Positions 57,549 to 64,000 of a DNA stretch of 64,000 nucleotides are shown in pieces. The stretch lies in assembly GCA_021836035.1 (NCBI GenBank), contig JAKBJL010000004.1:131841-195840 (forward strand). The letters are read 5' to 3'. The number at the start of each line of letters is the position of its first letter. The stretch's first letter is position 1. Source of the stretch: a bacterium (lineage in GTDB: Bacteria > Patescibacteriota > Microgenomatia > JAMCZE01). Both the position numbers and the translations under genes were made by a program. The notes beneath the pieces are model-generated. The model saw only the letters and a program-made list of their open reading frames with translations, was not told where the DNA came from and did no database searches.

Positions 57549-58060
57549 GAACGACCGTTATCCCGGCCCAGATCACGACAGTTGAAGACAAGATCGCGGG
57601 CAACCTGAACTTAACCCAGATTTTAATTCTTCTCATACCCGTATTTTGGACAACCGTCGTTTACGCTTTCTTTGCCCCGGGGGTAAAACTTGTCTGGTAT
57701 AAATTCCCGCTGATTTTGGCGGTGCTTTTTATCTGTTTAGCCCTGGCGATCCGGCTTAAGGGAAAGGTCGCTTTAGAGTGGCTCATGGTTCTTTTAAAGT
57801 ATCGCTTAAGGCCGAAATACTATCTGTTTGACAAAAACAGCCCCTACCTTCGCCCCCGGGACCTGCCGGTATTTGAAAAGAAGCCTGTATTTAACAAACC
57901 AAAAGTCTCAAAAATTGAGGCTCGGCCGCCGGCTGGCGATTTCCCACCGGGAGAAATAATTAAACTGGACAATCTGCTTGTCCAACATAACTACACCTTA
58001 AGTTACAAAGCGGGAAGGAGGGGAGGTATCCGTGTGGCCCTGGAAAAAATTCCGAAATAA
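57545..58060 (+). CDS. PrgI-family (VirB3-like) protein
   Basis: IPAQITTVEDKIAGNLNLTQ followed by two TMs. Confidence 0.78.
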   Translation: MRTTVIPAQITTVEDKIAGNLNLTQILILLIPVFWTTVVYAFFAPGVKLVWYKFPLILAVLFICLALAIRLKGKVALEWLMVLLKYRLRPKYYLFDKNSPYLRPRDLPVFEKKPVFNKPKVSKIEARPPAGDFPPGEIIKLDNLLVQHNYTLSYKAGRRGGIRVALEKIPK

Positions 58061-58652
58061 AGCCAGCTCCAGACAACAAATCCAGGTTAAGGAGGTCAAG
58101 GACTCCATCCTGGTCCTGCCCAAGAACCAGTACCGGATAATTCTGGAAACCTCCTCCTTTAACTTTGAGCTCAAAAGCGAGGAGGAACAGGACGTTTTGG
58201 TTGATTCCTTCCAGAATTTCCTCAACTCCCTTCCCTGCCAACTGCAAATTCTTATCCGTATCCGGGATGTGGATATTGACCGCTACCTCGAGCAGATCTC
58301 CCGGACGAAGCATGATGAAAAAGAGCAAGTTTACAAAGAGCAGATAAGCAACTATTGCCTTTTTGTAAAAGGGATCGTCTCGGGCAATAAAATCCTCTCC
58401 CGGCGCTTTTATGTGATTATCCCCTACCGCCACCCCGCAGGGGCAAACGACTTTAACCTTGCCAGGGAGCAGATAAATCTAAACCGCGATATTGTGATAC
58501 GGGGTCTTGAGAAGCTTGGCCTGAAAGCCCGGCAACTGGCCAGCCTGGAAATTCTTGACCTTTTTTACAGTTTCTACAATCCCCACCAGACTAAAACCCA
58601 AAAGCTAAAAGGGCAAACCCTGCAAATGCTTTTGCAAAATAATGATGTTTAA
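58032..58652 (+). CDS. TraC/VirB4-accessory-like T4SS protein
   Basis: NFELKSEEEQ, FLNSL, RRFYVIIP, FYNP; between PrgI and VirB4. Confidence 0.7.
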   Translation: MWPWKKFRNKASSRQQIQVKEVKDSILVLPKNQYRIILETSSFNFELKSEEEQDVLVDSFQNFLNSLPCQLQILIRIRDVDIDRYLEQISRTKHDEKEQVYKEQISNYCLFVKGIVSGNKILSRRFYVIIPYRHPAGANDFNLAREQINLNRDIVIRGLEKLGLKARQLASLEILDLFYSFYNPHQTKTQKLKGQTLQMLLQNNDV

Positions 58653-60462
58653 TCTCTTTGTTAAAGCCAAAAAGAAAATCAAAAATCCCCAGATTTCCCG
58701 GAAAGATTTTCTTCAAAAGTCTTGGGAATTTACTTTTGGCGAGCAGGACCAGGTTGACCTTATTTCCTACTCCGGATTAAAAGAAGAACCCTCATACCTG
58801 CAAGTGGGGGATAAATATGTTCGTACAGTATTTATCTCCGGCTACCCCTACGTCGCCTCTACCGGCTGGCTAAGCATGCTGATAAACTTTAACCATAATA
58901 TCGATATCTCTTATCATATTGAGCAGGTAAACCCGATCTACGCCCTGCCAAAACTTAACCGGAAGATTACCGAGCTGGAATCAACCAAAAGAACCATGCT
59001 CAAGCAGGGAAAAGTCATCGGATCGGAAGTTACCGACCCGTTGGAATCGGCCATGGAGCTAAAAGATAAGATTCAAAGAGGCCAGGAAAAACTCTTCCAG
59101 GTATCAATTTACATGACGGTCACCGCCGACAGCCTAAACGACTTAAACAAAATCACCACCCTTCTGGAAACCGTCATGTCGACCCGCCTCTTTTATACAA
59201 AAACGGCCGTCTTCCAGCAGTTGGAGGGCTTGCAGTCCATTCTTCCCCGGGCGGAGAACCTGCTGGCCCAGAAACGAAACCTGGACAGCTCTTCAGCCGC
59301 CCTGACATTTCCGTTTGTGTCCTCCGAACTGGTCCAGGAATCGGGAATTTTGTATGGAATCAATAAATCCAATAACTCCCTGGTGATCGTGGACCGTTTC
59401 AGCTTAAATAACGCCAACTCCATTATCTTTGCCCAGTCCGGATCGGGCAAAAGCTATACGGCCAAAGTGGAAATTCTTCGCCAGCTGATGCAGGGCACCA
59501 AAGTCATCGTCATCGATCCGGAGCGGGAATATAAACAGCTGGCTTCCTCCGTTAAGGGAACCTATATTAAGCTTTCCGTCAAATCCAGGGAGAAAATTAA
59601 CCCGTTTGATTTTTCCGTCAGTGCCTATTCCGGGGAAAATGACCTGGCTGAGCATATCCAGGACTTAACCGAAATTGTCTCCCTTATGGCGGGCGGTCTT
59701 AATGCCGAGGAAAAGGCGGTTGTCGACAAAGCCCTCCTGCAAACCTACAAAGACCACGGTTACCTCATGTATTACCGTTACACGCCCAAAGAAAATCGGG
59801 ATAAGCACGGCCGAAAACCCGGAAAGAAAAGTATTCCCCGACTGATAGACTTTTACCAAACCCTTAAATCCCTGAAGCAAAAAGACCTCTGCAACCGTCT
59901 GGAACGGTTTGTAAAAGGGTCGCTCTCTTCGGCTTTTGATTCCCAAACCAATATAGAGCTTAATAACCGGCTGGTCATCTTTGACCTTAAAGACCTTAAT
60001 GAATCTTTAAGACAAATTATGATGCTGGTGGTGGCCAACTTTGTCCATTCCCGGGTCAAAACCAAACCGCAAAAAAGAATCCTGGTCATCGACGAGGGAT
60101 GGATGCTTTTGCAACAGGAAGAAAGCGCCCGGTTTATCTCCAACCTGGTCAGGCGGGCCAGAAAATACTACCTGGGAGTCACTCTTATTTCCCAGCAGGC
60201 TAGCGATTTTCTAACCCAGGAATACGGCCGGGCTATCGCTTCCCAATCCGCCTTAAGAATTCTTATGAAGCAGGATACGACCACCATTAAGAAAGTTACC
60301 GAGGAGTTCGACCTGAGCGGGTATGAAGCGCACTTTTTATTAACCTGTGACCGGGGAGAAGCTTTAATTATTGCCGACCAGAACCACGTGGCCCTCAAAG
60401 TGGTGGCCTCGGAAAAAGAACACCCGCCCTTAACCACCGACCCGAGAGAAATTTATCTTTAA
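58642..60462 (+). CDS. VirB4-like conjugative ATPase
   Basis: NANSIIFAQSGSGKSY, IDPEREY, IDEGW, RARKY. Confidence 0.92.
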   Translation: MMFNLFVKAKKKIKNPQISRKDFLQKSWEFTFGEQDQVDLISYSGLKEEPSYLQVGDKYVRTVFISGYPYVASTGWLSMLINFNHNIDISYHIEQVNPIYALPKLNRKITELESTKRTMLKQGKVIGSEVTDPLESAMELKDKIQRGQEKLFQVSIYMTVTADSLNDLNKITTLLETVMSTRLFYTKTAVFQQLEGLQSILPRAENLLAQKRNLDSSSAALTFPFVSSELVQESGILYGINKSNNSLVIVDRFSLNNANSIIFAQSGSGKSYTAKVEILRQLMQGTKVIVIDPEREYKQLASSVKGTYIKLSVKSREKINPFDFSVSAYSGENDLAEHIQDLTEIVSLMAGGLNAEEKAVVDKALLQTYKDHGYLMYYRYTPKENRDKHGRKPGKKSIPRLIDFYQTLKSLKQKDLCNRLERFVKGSLSSAFDSQTNIELNNRLVIFDLKDLNESLRQIMMLVVANFVHSRVKTKPQKRILVIDEGWMLLQQEESARFISNLVRRARKYYLGVTLISQQASDFLTQEYGRAIASQSALRILMKQDTTTIKKVTEEFDLSGYEAHFLLTCDRGEALIIADQNHVALKVVASEKEHPPLTTDPREIYL

Positions 60463-60469
60463 TAAATGA

Positions 60470-61087
60470 ATGAATCAGCTAAAAATCGGGTTGCTCTTAT
60501 GGTCATATAAGCGGGAATTATCCTACGTTTTACTGGCCTTCCTAATTGTTCTTCTCCTTCCGGTTATTGCCGTGATTATTCTTATGAATACCGGTATTAA
60601 TATCGTTTCTGATAAATTAGCTACGGTTGACAGCAAAACCCAGGCAATTGAAATCCACGATCCCAAAGACGGCTCGATAATTAAAAAGATTAAGCCTGTC
60701 ATCTCCTGGCCGGTCGGAGGGGTTTATACCCTGGAATTTGGCCAGTCAGACCTGCCTTATGAGGTTCTCCATTCCGGGATCGATATTGCCAATCCGCAGG
60801 GTAAAGTCGGTGATCCCGTCCACCCGTTCATGGACGGAACGGTTATTTACGCCGGGGAAATTTGGTGGGGTTACGGAAAACATATAATTATCGATAATGG
60901 AAATAATATTACTTCGCTATACGGGCATCTGGATAAAATTTACGCCTATCCGGGACAACAGGTGACAATCAACGATGTTATCGGCAACGAAGGAACCTCG
61001 GGTTGGTCTACCGGGCCGCATTTGCATTTCCAAGTTAGTGTTTTTGGAATTCCGCTAAATCCGAGAACGTTTTTAAGATCAGGTTAA
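60470..61087 (+). CDS. membrane-anchored M23 metallopeptidase
   Basis: HSGIDIA, YGHL, STGPHLHF. Confidence 0.92.
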   Translation: MNQLKIGLLLWSYKRELSYVLLAFLIVLLLPVIAVIILMNTGINIVSDKLATVDSKTQAIEIHDPKDGSIIKKIKPVISWPVGGVYTLEFGQSDLPYEVLHSGIDIANPQGKVGDPVHPFMDGTVIYAGEIWWGYGKHIIIDNGNNITSLYGHLDKIYAYPGQQVTINDVIGNEGTSGWSTGPHLHFQVSVFGIPLNPRTFLRSG

Positions 61088-61098
61088 CTTTAAAAAGT

Positions 61099-61326
61099 TT
61101 ATTTAGGCAAAACGTTGCTTGGCTCTCTTAGACAAATATAGTAACCAATGGGGTCAATCATTCGAAAATCCTTACTTCCCCAAAGTTTCATTTCTGATGG
61201 TGTAATAATGCTTTTTATTCCAATAGTTTGTAATGCCTTTCGTTAATTACTTGAATCTTTGTCTATTTTACCGGAGACCTGCCAAACTAGGTGTTTCACA
61301 GGGAAGTTGATAACAGGAAATGCCAT
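61099..61326 (-). pseudogene. VOC/glyoxalase fragment
   Basis: Hand translation gives ...MKLWGSKDFRMIDPIGYYI... after an in-frame TAA. Confidence 0.55.
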
Positions 61327-61331
61327 GATTA

Positions 61332-61478
61332 TTGTGCTCAACCAACGATAGGCAACGTCTCTTTAAGCATTGAATTTCTGAAAATCTTGATTGACTAACC
61401 CCTGGTTTCAAATTCTATTTTTGATGTTTTTCTCGCGCTACCGTAGGCTCTTTTAGCAGAAGAAAAATTTTTGAAAAT
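61332..61478 (+). repeat. degenerate direct repeat, right copy
   Basis: Paralog of 31604-31745. Confidence 0.6.
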
Positions 61479-63919
61479 TATGAGAGTAACATTTTCTCTA
61501 GCCTAGCTAGGGTGTGATTAATACTTCCAACCTCAGAGCCACTTTTCCATGAAGTAAATCCATCTATCTTGGCTACCATGGCAGCAATTTTCGGCCTGAG
61601 CTGTTTTTCTTGTATAGTCATTTCCGTGAATTCCTCTAGTGCTGATAAAAATTGCCCTAGTCTAAATGCGTTAGGCTCTGCTGTGTCTAATATTCCTGCT
61701 AACCTATTCATAACACCTACATAAGTTGTTCTATCGGTCCTAGCTAAGTCTAAAAGTGCTTTTGGATAGTTTTCATACAATTTATCTCTTGCTTGACCAT
61801 TAGCCCACTGGGCAAATTTACTGGCAGGATAGATTGAATCTATAGTGCTCAACTTTCTCTTCCCTTCGATTGAAAGTGGCCCGCCCGCTGGTGGAATGGG
61901 AATTGTTGGTCCAGAAACTTTTCCTTTCCCAGCCCCGGGTATGGCCGTCGAGGCTGAGGGGGTTTTGAGTGGTTCTTCCTCTTTTACCTCCTCTACTGTT
62001 TCACCTTCATCCAGAAGATCACTAGCCGCTGCGCTTACTGGTCGTCTTAATCGACCGTACGGATCAAGTTTGGCAACAATTTCGGCAGAGGTGTATTGGC
62101 TCTTAGGGACATAACGCTTGCCGTCGTAACCGCTCCAGGCGTTAAGAGTGTTTTGGTCAAGGCCCGCAATTCTTAAGTCTTCAACTTTTACGCCACGAAA
62201 GAATCCTTGCAGGGCAAAAATCTCCGCCAGGTAATAGCGGTCTTCCTCTGGGAAGTTTTCATTATTAATAAAGGCGACAATCCGGCGGTTAAGAAACTCT
62301 CGGAATGTTAATCCCTCCCGCTGGGCATCTTCCCAGCCAACTAACATGTCCAAGGCTTTGCCCGGATCGAGGACTGCTTCTCTTAGAGTGGCGGGTTTCC
62401 CGATTGACTCTTGTCCTCTGGCTGCCAAAATCTGGCCTTGCGCTGTGGCGACAGTTTGGCCGAGATATGATTTTTGAACCCATTCGGTGGCGTCACAAAG
62501 CGCACGCAGAGTATCGTTGGCATCCTTGACCGACAACCTCACTCCACCTCGAACATCCATCAGAGAAGCCAACATAATGTCGTATAGCTCGGCGGGCGGA
62601 AAATAATCAATTGGTAACGGTTCAAACATTCTGACGAGTGCTGGGTCAAGTTTTTCTCTGTCAGCGTGTTTCTCGCTTTTAACATTCTCGGTGGCGCCAA
62701 CGGCAAATCTGTCTCCCACAGTAATCTTTTTATCGCTGTCCTCCTGGATAGTAATTGGCTGACCAACTCGGGCATTAAGATCTGTCTTGAGTCTTAATAG
62801 AATCTTATTTGGTACGGCGTTTATTTCGTCAAAAATGAAGGGTACGTTTCTCTCGATAGACCTGACAAACGGAGCCGAACCAAACATCAGGGTAACTTGG
62901 CCTTCTTTAACGCCGCCCTTGGTCTTGCCATAAACTTCATAATTGGTCATCAGCTCATGGCCCGTTAATCGCTCTGCTTCTTCCCCGAACAAACCTCTCG
63001 AGGCATGAAGAAGAAGCTCGGTTTTACCGCCACCGGTTGGCCCCGTTAAAAGAACTTTCTTACCCCGTGACCAATATTCTCTAACTGCGTCGATATATTT
63101 TCCTCGGCTCGGGGTCTCGGCAAATCGATCAGTTTTTAGTCCGTGCTGGTATCCTTCCAATTCCCGAAGTCTGGCGAGGTCAAAAACCTCCGGATCCTTC
63201 TTAAGAAAATCTGCTCGTTCTTCAAGAGCTTTTGTTATTTGTCGATTTTCGTCGATAATTCTTTGTTCCCCTGGCGAATACTGCCTGCCTTGCAAAAAGG
63301 CTGCTCTCGCCATTTTTTCTTGCTGTAATCTTAGCTGACATACCGCCGTCTCACATTCGGTAGCTTCTTTGGCGCTTCGCAGTTTATTCACTCTCTCTTC
63401 TCTTAAACGGGCGTATTGCTGCGCCACTTGGGGATATTTTGTCAGTTCGCTAATATGCTCTTCCACTTCCCGCAGTTCTCTCAGGTCGCTTTCGACAGTG
63501 CGCTGGCTAACATCGGTTCGGGTAACTTCGGCTACAACCGCTCGCATGTCACCTTTTTTAATTTGATCGAGTCTTTCTTGCAACGACTTAACAGGTTGTT
63601 GGGCTGACTTGCTATCTGGAACCGGGGTACCGCCTTTTGAGTGCCGTGTTAAATCAATTCTCAGTTCCACTCTTTTAACCAAGAAGTCATATAGCTCGGC
63701 AGTTTTATCTTGAATTTCCTGGGGGGAGAGAGGGGCACCTTCGATTTTCTTAGCTGCCTGTCCGACAGTCTCTTTTGCTTTGGCAGTTAACTCGCCAAGA
63801 AATCCGCCTTTAGGTTCTAGCGGTTTTTGCCCAGAAATTGGTTGTCTTTGTGCCTCTAAATCCTTTGGCAGTGTTGGCGCAAAATTTCTCGATACTTCTT
63901 TAACAAGTAATTCAGCCAC
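61478..63919 (-). CDS. MoxR/dynein-related AAA ATPase with long N-terminal coiled coil
   Basis: GPTGGGKT, FIFDEIN, ATEN, LDPALVRMF. Confidence 0.85.
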   Translation of the reverse strand: MAELLVKEVSRNFAPTLPKDLEAQRQPISGQKPLEPKGGFLGELTAKAKETVGQAAKKIEGAPLSPQEIQDKTAELYDFLVKRVELRIDLTRHSKGGTPVPDSKSAQQPVKSLQERLDQIKKGDMRAVVAEVTRTDVSQRTVESDLRELREVEEHISELTKYPQVAQQYARLREERVNKLRSAKEATECETAVCQLRLQQEKMARAAFLQGRQYSPGEQRIIDENRQITKALEERADFLKKDPEVFDLARLRELEGYQHGLKTDRFAETPSRGKYIDAVREYWSRGKKVLLTGPTGGGKTELLLHASRGLFGEEAERLTGHELMTNYEVYGKTKGGVKEGQVTLMFGSAPFVRSIERNVPFIFDEINAVPNKILLRLKTDLNARVGQPITIQEDSDKKITVGDRFAVGATENVKSEKHADREKLDPALVRMFEPLPIDYFPPAELYDIMLASLMDVRGGVRLSVKDANDTLRALCDATEWVQKSYLGQTVATAQGQILAARGQESIGKPATLREAVLDPGKALDMLVGWEDAQREGLTFREFLNRRIVAFINNENFPEEDRYYLAEIFALQGFFRGVKVEDLRIAGLDQNTLNAWSGYDGKRYVPKSQYTSAEIVAKLDPYGRLRRPVSAAASDLLDEGETVEEVKEEEPLKTPSASTAIPGAGKGKVSGPTIPIPPAGGPLSIEGKRKLSTIDSIYPASKFAQWANGQARDKLYENYPKALLDLARTDRTTYVGVMNRLAGILDTAEPNAFRLGQFLSALEEFTEMTIQEKQLRPKIAAMVAKIDGFTSWKSGSEVGSINHTLARLEKMLLS

Positions 63920-64000
63920 GGTTTTCTTCTCTACTATTATTATTATAGCTCAATTCATCGATAGCTTGTCCGAGAATCCGAGCCATTTGCGAGGTAAAGT

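Larger units (their letters stand above)
41335..61087. mobile_element. conjugative/ICE-like region (minimum extent); no integrase seen
   Basis: Coupling protein and Replic_Relax gene, AbiE toxin-antitoxin pairs, DUF2958, T4SS operon. Confidence 0.65.

Noticed and set aside
2758-63607. Many short antisense or alternate-frame ORFs in the track
   Set aside because: They lie within longer motif-supported genes and are best explained as shadow ORFs
1-64000. Alternative genetic code (TGA = Gly)
   Set aside because: Conserved genes are full length under code 11 and several end in TGA

Overview
AT-rich bacterial DNA read with the standard code (TGA is a stop). Gene content and style (many leaderless genes, WKTY...ILSTFKF surface proteins, a minimal T4SS set) suggest a Patescibacteria/CPR, probably Microgenomates-like, genome; this is an inference. 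1-18 kb: accessory modules (ABC exporter with CsoR-family regulator, DsrE and SHOCT genes; recJ; ECF sigma factor with glycoside hydrolase and two glycosyltransferases; tRNA-His followed by small cassette-like genes). 18.5-28.8 kb: housekeeping block (gatBAC, CofE-like ligase, asnB, htpX, lemA, polX, tRNA-Asp, LysM, tRNA-Gly). 28.9-31.7 kb: HD gene, a DUF3800 gene followed by three antisense structured RNA-like units, and an IS remnant. 31.8-40.8 kb: pbpC and a 2183-aa alpha-2-macroglobulin with a 130-aa Hint domain at the expected bait position. 41-61 kb: a split conjugative element (VirD4-like coupling protein, Replic_Relax protein, two AbiEi/AbiEii pairs, DUF2958 behind a ~210-nt hairpin with single-stranded-promoter geometry, repeat-bounded cargo, pilin/VirB6/PrgI/VirB4/M23 operon). 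A MoxR-like AAA ATPase ends the window. No rRNA, CRISPR array, reverse transcriptase or intact integrase was seen. All family calls come from motif recognition by eye, not from database searches.
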